Assembly: GCA_039096225.1 (NCBI GenBank)
Contig: JBBPEB010000034.1
Coordinates: 310,001 to 374,000 of the forward strand
Length of the DNA: 64,000 nucleotides
Direction: 5' to 3'
Source: Blastocystis sp. Blastoise
Lineage: Eukaryota; Protista; Bigyra: Opalinata
The position numbers and the translations under genes were made by a program. Shown piece after piece: positions 12,277 to 34,675 of this stretch (the stretch's first letter is position 1; every line of letters starts with the position of its first letter). The notes beneath the pieces are model-generated. The model did no database searches. It had not been told where the DNA came from and saw only the letters and a list, made by a program, of their open reading frames with translations.

Positions 12277-14516
12277 AAATAATATATATATATATGTTTT
12301 GTTTATGATTCTATATATATAGATGAATGTCCTCATATTAAGGGTATTGTGGTATTAGATATTATTAGTAGTGATAAACCAACAGCACTTTTCCCTTCTA
12401 CTATTCAAATATATTCTTTTGAAGAAGTATATATATATATATATATATATTTGATTTTATATATTGAATATTTGTTTAAAATATATATATTTTATTTTAT
12501 ATATTTATATATGTATATGATAATTAATTAATTATTATTATTTTTTTTACTTTTCTATTTATTTATATATATATTAAATTGTTTCTCTATTTAATTATTT
12601 CCTATTTTTATGTTTATCATTTTTCATTTTATTATTTGTTTCTCTTATATAAAGAGTATATATATAAAGAGTATATATATAAAGAATATATATATCTATA
12701 TATATATAGGTGATTAATGAGATTACTGATCAATATTCCACTTCTTCCATAGCCTATACCTGTACTACTCCTCCTGCTTCTTCTCCTGTCGAGTCTTTCT
12801 TTCCTCTTCATCCTTCGTCGAAGACACCTCCTCCCGATTCTCTTCCTGATGATTATAGACCCAAAGGAGATAGTCTTATGTATATATATTATAATGTTAG
12901 TAGTGAAGGGAAGTTGAAGGGAGTTATGATTACACATAAAGCCATGATGATCAGTGCTGCATCTATTCAAAGAGCTATTGTATGCTTATTTTATTATATT
13001 ATATTTATATTATATTTATATTATATTTATATTATAAAATTATTTATATTATATTTATATTTATAAAATTTATATTTATAAAATTATTTATATTATCATT
13101 TCTTTTTATTATAAATGACTTAGACTACTATTTACAATATATATATATGAATATAAATATAAATTAATATCACTATGAATATCTCTCTATAAATACTAAT
13201 ATAATACTACATACTTTTATCTAAAGGAATATTCAAACAATCCTCTATGTGGTCATGATTGCCTTATTTCTTATCTTCCTTTATCTCATTCTTATGAAAG
13301 TGCTATAGAGTTTGTATGTCTTATTGCTGGTGCTCGTATAGCTTATTTTAGTGGATTTATGAGTAAACTTCTTGAAGATATTACTATAGCACGACCTACT
13401 ATTATGATTGGTGTACCTCGTATCTATGAGCGTATCTATCAAGAAATCTTACAAAGTATTTCTGGATTCCATTGGTTATTTAAACTTCTATTCAGTTTCG
13501 CTTTATGGTCTCAATGTTTAGCAACGAGACAAAACTATAGAATACAATATTGGGATAAATTATTTTTCAGAACTATTCAGGAATCATTAGGTGGTCGTAT
13601 TCGATTCTTTGGCGTTGGTGGTGCCCCAATGAAACCTTTACTTGCTGAATTTTTATCAGTTTGTTTCAACGTTCCTGTAATTGAAGGCTATGGTTTAACT
13701 GAATGTTGTAGTACAAGTAATGTTGTTTTAAATAATGGTATGAAAGTATTTAAAAATGTTGGTCCTCCATTAGCTGGTTGTGAAATAAAATTAATTGATT
13801 GTCCAGAAATGGATTATTTAGTTAATTCTAAAGTAAATCCTCAAGGAGAGATCTTAATACGTGGTCCAATATTATTTTCTGGTTATTATAAAGATAAAGA
13901 AAGTACAGCTGCTGTTATAGATGAAGATGGATGGCTACATAGTGGCGATATAGGTCGTATTAATAATGATGGATCTCTTAGTATTATTGATATTAAGAAA
14001 ACAACGTTTAAATTATCACAAGGAGAATTTATTGCTACTGATTATTTACAAGATTTATATTTAAAAAATGATTCAATTTCTCAAATATTTATATATGGTC
14101 GAACAGATAGTAAATTTCTTGTAGCTATAGTAGTAGTGAATCCTGAGAAAGTAATATCAGTAGTGAAAGATATGGATGTTGATATAAAGAATGTAGGCAC
14201 AAAAGCATGGAAGAATAAGTTTATAAAAGCTTGTAAGAGTACACTTGTACATGATTATATTATGGATATTTTAATTCAAATAGCAAAAGATAATTGTTTA
14301 AAAGGATATGAATATATAAAAGATGTATATATAGATGGTAATTTGAATAATGATCGAAAAGTATTTACAAAAGAAAATGGATTATTACAATCAAATGGAG
14401 AATTAAATCGATATAAATTAGCGAAATATTATAATAAAGAAATTGATACTATGTATCGTAATGTAGAGAAAAACCTTATTAACGGAGGACTCTATATTAA
14501 TTCTAAAAATCAATAA
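11252..14516 (+). CDS. Long-chain acyl-CoA synthetase-like protein (ACSL/LACS family), ~8 exons, with degenerate catalytic motifs
   Basis: Spliced exons give QCLGQRP, YQWISY, YILNHSE, SYLPLSHSYE, GVPRIYER, GGAPM, EGYGLTE, VGPPL, GEILIRGP..FSGYYKD, GWLHSGDIG, FKLSQGEFIA. Confidence 0.9.
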
Positions 14517-15086
14517 ATTTATATATATATATATTTGTTTTTTTTTTATATATATCTTATTAAATATTTTTTTTTTATAAAATATTTTATTATTACTATT
14601 ATGAAAGAATTATATTTCTACATAACTTCATCTATATCATAGTCATTATTCCTATTATAATTATTTTTATTATTTGTTCTTTGCATCATTTGATTTTTTT
14701 TTTGTTAATTCTCTTTGTGTTTCTTATCTTAGTTTTATTTCAATTCCATTTTAGTTCTTTATTTGTAAAAAAAAGGATATCATTTTTAAATGATAGTTTT
14801 TTAAATAGTTTTGTTATTGTTTTATTAAAGAGTAAAGTCATATATTATGATCTTTTGAACTCTTCTACATTTAAAATGAGTATTTTTTTGTATTAAAGTA
14901 ATTATAAATTATTTATATATATATCATACATTCAAACTATTCTTTACTGTCTTTAATTAATATTTATATTTATTTTCTATATTGAACTGTTGTTACTAAC
15001 TAATTATACATTAACATGAATATTATTAGATAACTAATATGTAAATACTATATTATGAACTTCTTTAAATGCAATGACAAAAACAG

Positions 15087-15531
15087 TTAACGGAACAATT
15101 TCAATTTTTGAAGAAGACAACCAAATATTGACTTATGATATGGCTATATATAATGTGGTGTAAGAAAAACATATTAATCTCAATAAAAAAAAATATTTAA
15201 ACAAATATACTTTAATTGCTAAAGCTGTGGGAATGTTTTCAGGTTGTTCAATCCATAGTTTATGGCAAATTTTATTATCAGATAAAAGCTTGGAGATGCT
15301 ACGTAGTTCGTCTTCATTACTCACTTGTAAGAGGATTTTATGCATATTGTCAAGATCAGACATATATTTTTGAACATCAATATCTTCTTTCCATAACCAA
15401 ATTGCAGACGTTGATGCATGACATGCCTGAGCCATAAGAGCTCCTTGAGTCCATTTCTTGTTGTCAATCAAATCTTTACGCAATATTATATATTGAATAA
15501 TAGGAGATTCATCCAATTGTTGAGAATTCAT
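15087..15531 (-). CDS. PTRHD1: Peptidyl-tRNA hydrolase PTH2-superfamily protein (PTRHD1-like), 2 exons
   Basis: IQYIILRKDL, WTQGALMAQACHAS, MHKILL, HKLWIEQPENIPTALAIK|PY. The last exon PYHKSIFGCLLQKLKLFR* follows a GT-AG intron. Confidence 0.9.
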
Positions 15532-16060
15532 GATGCTCAAAAAAGTAATTTATTATTCTCTATATAAAATTATGCTATTTTGTGTTTTTTAATATAAAAG
15601 TAATAGGAGATTAAATATATATATTTTATGATTCCATGAAGATGACATAATTCACATTAAATGTACTTGAAGTAAAAATGAAGGAACAAAACACATATAT
15701 ATTTATTATATAGAGAAAGACTTAGAACATTATTGAAAATGATAAATTATGACTAACAAAAGACGTAGAATAAAATGATAGAAGCAACAAATCAAATAGT
15801 AACAATAGTAGAAATAAAGGCAAAAATATATTTATAAAAAAACAAAATAATAAGTATAGAGTAACAAAAGTGTACACAAATGTATTTAATATGCAAAAGG
15901 AATAAAAATAAAATGATAAAGAATACTTTAATAAAATAAGAAGAATAAAGATATTAAAAAAAAAAGAGACTGATTTCAACAATATTGAAATAATAAATAT
16001 TCACGTACATATGGATAATTATGATAAATAGACATCAAAAATAAGAGAAAAAACATTTTA

Positions 16061-17371
16061 CTATGAGAAATCATTATCAATAGCTGTATCTACTGTCATT
16101 TTCCTTAATAATAAAACATAATTCCATATAATATGTTTTAAGAATGAAGATTTATGTTTATATTCCAACATAAACTGATAAAGACGTTCAGAAGATACAC
16201 AACTAACTCTTTTATTCTTATGAATCTATAGTAATAAAAATAATAATAATTAATAAAACAATAATAAATAAAATAATAATTAATAAATAAAATAATAAAT
16301 AAAATAATAAATAAAATAATAAATAAAATAATAATAAATATAATAATCAGAATAAAAAAATATAATAATAAATAAAATAATAAATAAAATAATAATAAAT
16401 AAAATAATAATAAATATAATAATCAGAATAAAAAATATATATATATATAACTATATATACATAATAATAATTTCCAAAAGGTTGATATAAAAATTCGGTT
16501 TTTAGTCTTTCTTCATATTGACTACATAATCCAGTTAAATATCGATTGACATTTCCATAAGCATTTTCTGATAAAAAAAGAGAAACAAGTGATTTATAAT
16601 CATTTGAAGTTTTATATAATTTCGTTAAATATGGTTCATAATTAGTAATAAAAGGAATGGGATCATTATGATATATAATATTCATCATATCTCTAGATAT
16701 AAAAATAGAATAATCAATATTTCCTGTAAAACAAAAAGGAGTTCCAGTAGTAAATAAACGAATCACTTTCGTTGGATACATTTGACGAAGTAATATATAC
16801 GTAATTTGTGCAGCTGCACCTCCTAAAGAATGACCACATAAAAGAAGCACACGAGAATCATTTTTATCTTTCATATTTGGTAAGCAAGAAAAATTAGTAG
16901 ACATAGAACGCTCAAAGAAACCTATAGAAACATCATAAATAACGTTATCTTAAATACACTTATTCAACAAATTTGTTATAAATAGTAATAATTACAAAAA
17001 ATTAAAAATAATTACATTGTATTAAACATACCTTCATGAACAAAACCATTCTGAAATGGAACAGGGTTGTATCTCAAATCATCTTTGACATCATTCATAG
17101 AAAAAGTACCTCTGTAACTTATACAAACATGAGTTTTATTCTCTGAAATGATAATAGTCTTATCTTTATTGATCCACAATATATTTGTATCTGGATCAAA
17201 CTTAGATAAATACTTTCGAATATTTGGTTTAAAGAAACTCTGAAGGCACATAGAAGATAATCGTATATCATCATCAGTTAAGTTCGAAAAGTTCTTTAAA
17301 GTGGAGATATCTTCTTCACTTAGAGTAGGCGATGCTAATGATCGTTGGAAAAGGGATCCAAATTTAGACAT
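16061..17371 (-). CDS. Lipase class 3 (alpha/beta hydrolase), 3 exons; start codon uncertain (17371 or 17410)
   Basis: ISYRGT, spliced VHEGF, nucleophile elbow CGHSLGGAAA, TTGTP, NDPIP. GT-AG introns restore the frame to the TAG at 16061-16063. Confidence 0.85.
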
Positions 17372-18425
17372 TATATGAGGTTTATTACTGAGATGTCTCA
17401 AAACAAACATTAAATCAATATAAATTTGTTTGAAGCTATTATCGAAATGAAACACGTATGTTCAGAAAAAAAGGAAATTTCCGGAATTTTTTCTACCAAA
17501 CAAATCAGTTTTTCGTAACGACTTGGGATTCTTTCAAACTTTTTTTTATGATTATAAAAGTGTCTTACATTTAGATGAAGAAGGATATTACTATTTATTA
17601 TTTATAAAGATGAATAGAAAGTCTTGAAGTCTAAGGATACACATTTTAATTCTAGAAAAGATGTTGCTTAAGTAAAATATTGTGAGTTTTTTAAATGAGA
17701 ATTTATAGTTTTTCACACTTTATGAGAGTTTTGAAACTAATAAAACAACGAATCTATCAAAAAATCTCATTCGAAAAACTGAACAAAAACTGTCCGTCTC
17801 TTTGTGAACACGTAATTCACAATTTGTTTTATGAAGAAATATGTTTCTGTACTTACGAATCGAATAGAATATTGATACAGAAACATATCGATGATATAAC
17901 TAGAACTTGTTTGCAAGATAGTTAGGAAATATAAAGAAATTGGACTGTTCAACTTGGCTACTGAATAAAATTGGAAGTAAGAAAAAAACACAACGTCATG
18001 CAATATATAATGAACTTGTGTTTGAATCTGTATCTTACTAAATAGAGAATGTGGCAAATCAGACTGTGAGCCATGTATTATATACCGTATACTATTGAGC
18101 AGAACTATTCATACAAGAACTATTATTATCGATAAAATCGACTAATAAGAGAATGATTACGGTATCATTAATACTGTTTATCAGACAATCCTAAATGATA
18201 GCATATTATATAAACACTTTGAGAACATTTTTATATGATAAATTAGAAGAATCAATATGTCTATGTAATAATAATCATGATGGGATATATAAAAAAAATA
18301 CAATTCACTTTTTCACTTCAAAAATGAAAATAACCATAGGGAATTAAGAGAAGTTTAAGAGAACATCACTTTTCATTATTTTCTTTTTTTTTAGCATATA
18401 GATTTCAGTATATTTGAATATAAAG

Positions 18426-21145
18426 ATGAACAATAAACAAAATTACTTTGTTACAGAAGATCCCAAACGATTAAGAGATTCTCTTATTTGGGATTTACAA
18501 AAACAGTTCTATATAGAGAAGGGTCCTACTTGTTGGACTGAAGGAATTGTTCCTAATTTTATCACATCAAATAGTTTTATTGCAAAACAATATGCTACTA
18601 TTATTCTTGGCTATATTCGAGATTATTATCTCAAACCAAATTCAAACAAACAAGAACCTATGTATATATTAGAAATTGGTTCTGGACATGGTAAACTTGG
18701 ATTTTTAATTATCAAACATTTACTGAGTCTTAAGAGTTTCTGGCCTAAACGTATATAGTTTTTATTTATTTAATTTGCGCACATTTATATATTTTTTTTT
18801 GTTTATTATTATTTGTAATTTATTTTTAAATGTTTAGATGTTGAAAAGCCATTCGTTTACGTAATAAGCGATTTCACAGATAAACTTGTTAATTTTTGTC
18901 ATAATCATAAATCTCTTAAAGAATTCATTGATCAAGGCATTCTTGATTTTGCTCTTTTTGGTATTTTTATTTAAATTATTATTATAATTCATACAGATAT
19001 TATTTTATATATTTTTATATAACATTCTAATATTTGTTTTTTGTTTTTTTTAATTGTTATATCTATATATCTATATATATAGATGCTGAAGTAGATAATT
19101 CGATTCATCTTATGGAACACAATTTGGTTCTCGATTCCACTACGATTCGAACTCCATTTATATGTATAAGTAATTATGTATATAATGGATTAGTAGAAGA
19201 TTTATATACTATAAATGATGGAGTAATACAAGAAGGATATTCAGTTGTAGAAACAGACAGACAGTATATATATATATAGTTGTTTATATATTGTTATTAT
19301 ATATTATTATATATTATTATTATATATTATTATTATATATTATTATTTATTATTATATATTATTATATATTATTTATATTATTTATATTATTTATATTAT
19401 TTTATATTATTTTATATTATTTTATATTATTTTATATTATTTTATATATATTCTTTTTTATGTATATATATATGTATAATTATATATATATATATAGAGA
19501 GACAAATAAGCATGATCCTAATATTATTAATAGAATGCGTGTTAATTATATATATAAAGATATTAATTCTGAAGGTATTTCGTCGCTATATGAAGATCAA
19601 TATATGGAACAAACATTACAATATTATATATATATATATATATAACTATCATTTACTTATTATATATATATAATTATCATTCACTTATTATATATATATA
19701 TATATAACTATCATTTACTTATTATATATATTTTTCCACTTTAATATAAAAAAATATTATATTTCTTATTGTGATTCTATATATATATAATAATAGTAAT
19801 AGTTTTTTTGTATATGAGTTATATAATATTTTCTATATTTTTAAATATTTAATATAATTATGATTATAACTATATATATATATAGTTATATATCTACTCA
19901 TAAAAATCTTTCACTTCTTTTCCCTTATGGTGCTCTTTCTAATATTTCTAATCTCTTTAAGATTTCCCACGGGGATTTCATTATTCTCTGTGCTGATAAG
20001 GCTTATTCCCAGGAAAGTGATTTATTAGCTATAAAAGGGAATCCTCACCTCGCTTCTCACGGTAGTTTCTCATTTATGACTAATTTCCATGCTCTTTCGA
20101 AATATATAGAAGTCAGAGGAGGACAGTCTATATTTACACCTTATATATATATATGTTATTTATATATATATATGTTATTCATATATATAGAAAATTTTAT
20201 TATGTATATTTTATTTATTCATACATTCTTAAATATATTTTTCATTTATTTTGTTATATAATAAGTTGTATATATATATATATAGTTATATAAGTGGATT
20301 AAAAGTAGGTGTATTTATAGCAGGAAGAGAAAAGAAACAACTTAAAGAAACTTATATGAATATTCATGTATATATATATATATATATAATTCTTTCTTTA
20401 TTACTATATATAGGATACTTTATTATCTTTCGATCCAGACTCTTTCAGTCATATTCAGCGATGTATTCGTGAAGAGATTCCTTCTCCTTCTCTTAAGAAT
20501 ATATTATCGTTAATCAGATTGTCATGCTATGAAAATGAAGTTTTCTATAAATTTAAACAAGTATAATATATATATATATATTATCTATTTTATTATATAT
20601 TATCTATTTTATTATATAGTATTACTTATAAATATAATAATTCTTTATATATATATATATATTGTTATTATATAGTATTACTTAAATATAATAATTCTTT
20701 ATATATATATATATATATAGTTATTAATAGATCGTGTTCCATATGCTTCAGAAAAGATACAGAATGATATAAAGATTGATTTAATATATATATGTAATCT
20801 CTATTATCCTCTTCAAACGACAAAGGTATATATATATTTATTATAGTTTATTGTATTCATATTATAATATATTATATTTTTATTCTATTTATATTATTTT
20901 ATTTTTTAATTGTATTTATATTGTTATATATATATTTTTTTCATTTTTAATAGTTAATTATATATAAATATATATATATATAAATATAAATATTAATATA
21001 TATATAAAGGATGTTCATTTTGATTTAGGCCGTTTATATATGGGTTTAAAATGTTATAGTGAGGGTCTTAATATGTTCCAACAGAGTGTGAATACGTGCG
21101 GCGAACATCATGTCACGTGGTATATATATATATAGTATTTAATAT

Positions 21146-21176
<31 letters not shown>

Positions 21177-21361
21177 ATTATTATTGTATATATAGGTATA
21201 ATATGGGTATATGTTATTATTATTTACATATATATGATAAGTCACTCGAATGTTTCAGTAAATGCCTCAATCTCTCTCCTGATTATCATGATGCTAAGTA
21301 TATATATATATATATATATATTTAATTATTTATTTCATTATTCTAAATTAGAATGAATCAA

Positions 21362-21425
<64 letters not shown>

Positions 21426-21715
21426 CATTATTCTAAATTAGAATGAATCAATGATCTATATATATATATATTACTATATTATTAAATACAACAATTGATT
21501 ATATATATATATATATATATAGTTCTTGGAAGACTCGAATTGAAGCCCGCCTTTTGAATCCCTCTTCTCCCTCTTCTCCTCGTGACGCATATACTAGTCC
21601 TATTAATGTATATCCTGAAGATACAAATATGAATAATGATAATTCTACTGCTCCTGTTATTAATACGAATAATACTGTACATGTTATTTCACCAGGAGAA
21701 GATGATGTAGAATAA
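18426..21715 (+). CDS. Putative SAM-dependent methyltransferase (MidA/NDUFAF7-like N-terminus) with C-terminal TPR-like repeats, ~11 exons
   Basis: Motif I YILEIGSGHGKLG, YVISDFT, ISNYVYNGL, ADKAY, HGSFSFMTNF. TPR-like DLGRLYMGLKCY and WYNMGICYYYL. Two introns need non-GT donors (see findings). Confidence 0.72.
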
Positions 21716-23034
21716 TATATAGTATTATATATATAGTATTATATATATAGTATTATATCTATAGTATTATATATATATATAATAATATATAGTATAATAA
21801 TATATAATATAGTATAATATTATATATATAATAATATATATTGTATTATATATATAATACTATATAGTATAACTATTATTATATTTATATATTATACTCT
21901 AATGATACTCTTTTTTTTTTATCATGGATAAAAATTCTTTTATTATTTATATACTTTTATTATATATCTATATATACTTTTATTTATTTTTCTCATTATT
22001 ATAATATATATTATAATAATATTTTATTTATAATATCTTGTATTTTGAGTTTCTCTATATATATATCTTCTATTTCTTGTATTATTGTATTTAGCTTCAT
22101 CATGCTTATTGTAGTTTTCATTTGTTTTGTTAACTATATATATAGTAGAATTATTATAGACTCTCCTCTCCTTTTATTTATTCAATAAATACAATCTTTA
22201 TTTTGAAGTACCAAGTCTCATGTTAACTAAAATAAATCATTTTGTGACCTTTAACTTTATTCACAATTAAATTAATGATTTAAAAAATATATATTTTTTC
22301 AAAAATAAAATAATAATAATACGACTTTTTAAAATCAACAATTTTTTTTTCTAAAATTTTTTCTATTTTCCAATTAACATTAATAAATACTCTGAATTAT
22401 TCAACCCATATCTAAATATAACGATTTTCATAAATATGCATTTTCAAATAGCCAAATAATTGTTTCATTATCGTTTGAATTGTCAACTAGCATTAAATCA
22501 TTATGATTAAACTATATTAACATGTAACATAACATCTGACTTTTGACTTTATATATAGGAACGTAAAACACCATAAGTTTTTAAAACTTGTACTCATCAT
22601 TGTCATGAGTTAATCTCGTTTTTGTGTTTTTTACATTAAACTCTTCAAGCTAACCATATTGATCAGTTTTTATAATAGTTATCAGAATGCCACACAAATC
22701 ATTATTGGAGGGCCGTTCGAAATTTTTATACTTAAAAGAGGATAGCCTAAAGTCTCTATATTGATATTTAAAATCCTATTTATTTCCAAAAATTAGTAAA
22801 AATATATATAATATACAAAGAAGACAGCTCAAATATCCTCTCAAATTTTGATTATTCCAAAGTTTCATTTTGATTGGTCGGTTCGAGAGATAAAATTGGA
22901 GAATGAAGATGTGTCGATTATCTCAAAAATAACATTACTGTAGTTTTTATTTGAAAGATTTATCATATTTAATTTGTTTTTATTACAAATAATTTGTATT
23001 AGCATATTATTTTTATTTTATTATAAGAGTATCA

Positions 23035-32302
<9,268 letters not shown>

Positions 32303-32879
32303 TAAATCTATTTTTATATTTTAAGATATATATATCTATTTGTTTATTTTAAGATATATATATCTATTTGTTTATTTTAAGATATCTATATCTATTTGTT
32401 TGCTCATCTATTGTTTTATATATATGCAATTGTTGTTTGCTATTTTTTTATGCGTTTGATAATTTAATAATAGTCATCTTGTGTTTAGTTTTTATTTATT
32501 GCATTCATAGTAAATTTGATAAATAAAAAATATGTGTTTTTCTATAAAATCAACTACATCAAAATATACATTTTATTGAGAAAGAGATATACAAATATAT
32601 CAATAAAAATCCATCTATTCAAGATATTGTGCTTTTCTTTAGTTATAAAAACATATTATTGAAGTGAATCATATTTAAGATATATACAAATACCAGTTCT
32701 GTTTATAAATCTTCATTCCGATGGATTTCAATTATTTTTGTATTATTTTTTTAAATATGATTTATATATATATTATGAAAGATATAAATATCATTCTGAA
32801 CGATTCATATATTATTTTTAGCCAACATTTACAAAATAAAGTAGTTTTTTCACAAAAAAACATTAAAAAAAGTAAAAAT

Positions 32880-32952
32880 TGGAGAAGAGGGGCATCGATC
32901 CCCTTACCTCTCGCATGCTAAGCGAGCGCTCTACCATCTGAGCTACATCCCC
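32880..32952 (-). tRNA. tRNA-Ala(AGC)
   Basis: Reverse complement GGGGATGTAGCTCAGATGGTAGAGCGCTCGCTTAGCATGCGAGAGGTAAGGGGATCGATGCCCCTCTTCTCCA folds into a cloverleaf with anticodon AGC and the G3:U70 alanine determinant, followed by T runs (Pol III terminator-like). Confidence 0.97.
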
Positions 32953-33820
32953 ATTTCTGAAAAATCTCTCGTAGTTAATTATTTCAAGTTAGAGATTATT
33001 GTATACCAGATATATCGTTCATCGATTTTCATCATATAACAATAATACACCATTTCAAATTAGTTTTTATAAATTTAATCGAACAATATTAAACCGATCA
33101 TACATTTAAGCCACAAAAAATGTCGTGATATTTTCTATTTTGTGATAAAAAGAATAAAAATATCCTTTAAAGTAATATTGCAATATCATAGGACAACTTG
33201 CAAAAAACAAAATCAGAAAAAAAACTTTTGAATAATAGAATTCTCAAAAGATACATATTATTTTTCATATTGAATGTATATAATATAATCTAATTGATTC
33301 TTTTAGTGCAAATATAATAAAAATGGTTGCTTAAAAATAAAAAAATGGATTCAAATAAAATGAACAACGAAATGTTAGCGATTTTTTCATATTTTTCTTA
33401 ATTCAACATAAGTAGCATAATTCAAAAACATTAAATATATTCAAGTATATAAGTAAATGAAAGTAATAAACCCCTTATTTTCGTTTCAAAAATAAACACG
33501 AATATTTGTTTTTCAAGGTTTTGTAAGTAAGAAACTCCGCTTTGAATTTATGGAAAACAGATGATTCATGGCCAATTTTTTTATTGTTTTATGGTTATAA
33601 TTCTAATATAAAAAAACCAAGGAAAAGACTATGAAAAAACAATCAATTAAAAAAAATTTCATCCAATGAAACAGTTTTAATTAAAAGATAACAAAAAGTA
33701 TTGAAAGTTTTATGCTTTTAAGAAAATTAATGATGACACTTGCTCTTGTTTTCATAAGTCAATAATAACCTTAATAAGGCTTTAAGTATTTATTTGTCGA
33801 ATTCACCTCTTTGGTTAAAA

Positions 33821-34675
33821 ATGGTATGTATTCTAATTGATTATAGATGTTATATATTCTTTGCGAGTTGTTAAAGAACGATGAACTTCTACTTTTGTGG
33901 ACTAGGACTAATAATTATACTTTTTATTGACTACTTCTCTTAAGCACACAAGAAAGTTACGTGGACATGTTTCAATGGGTCACGGTAGAATTGGTAAGCA
34001 TCGTTGCCACCCCGGCGGTCGTGGTAATGCTGGTGGTATGCATCATCATCGTATTCTCTTCGATAAATTCCATATATAAATTTTAGAATATTAAAGATTT
34101 TTTTTAATTGAATCTATCCTATTATAAGCTACCTATTTTAATTTTAATATTCAGAATATTATTTATATATAACTTTTATTCCATCCCGGTTACTTCGGTA
34201 AAGTCGGTATGAGACGTTTCCATCTCAAGAGAGCTACTGAATATTGCCCCACCCTTAATGTTGATCAACTTTGGGCTAAAGTTCCTGAAGAAGTCAAGGC
34301 TGCTGCTGAACAAGCTAAGGGAACCGGAAAGGCTCCTATTGTTAACCTTACTGAATTAGTATGTTTTATATATATTATGTTATTTTATTTATACATTGCT
34401 ATTATTAATATCTATTAATATTATATTTTATTTATTATTTTCTTTAGGGTTATTTCAAGCTTCTTGGTAGAGGTCACTTCCCTGCTTGTCCTATTATTGT
34501 AAAAGCCAAATTTGTCTCAAAGGGTGCATGTGTTTTATTATTATTTTATATATGTAATGAATTGATTATATGAATGTTTATATTTATATATTTTTAACAA
34601 TTATTAATATATAAATATATATAGGCTGAATACAAAATCAAACAAGCTGGTGGTGCTTGTCTTCTTACTGCCTAA
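33821..34675 (+). CDS. RPL27A: 60S ribosomal protein L27a (uL15), 5 exons (33821-33823, 33930-34069, 34181-34358, 34448-34525, 34625-34675)
   Basis: Spliced product [64 protein letters not shown]...GYFKLLGRG...[13 protein letters not shown]. Confidence 0.97.

Noticed and set aside
17695-18057. Overlapping 76-aa and 96-aa ORFs in the intergenic region
   Set aside because: No recognisable motifs or splice structure; cannot be supported as genes.
32721-32921. 66-aa ORF ending WRRGASIPLPLAC
   Set aside because: It overlaps the antisense strand of tRNA-Ala; spurious.
33824-33929. Possible snoRNA in RPL27A intron 1
   Set aside because: The intron is less repetitive than others and has a small hairpin, but I found no convincing C/D or H/ACA box pair.
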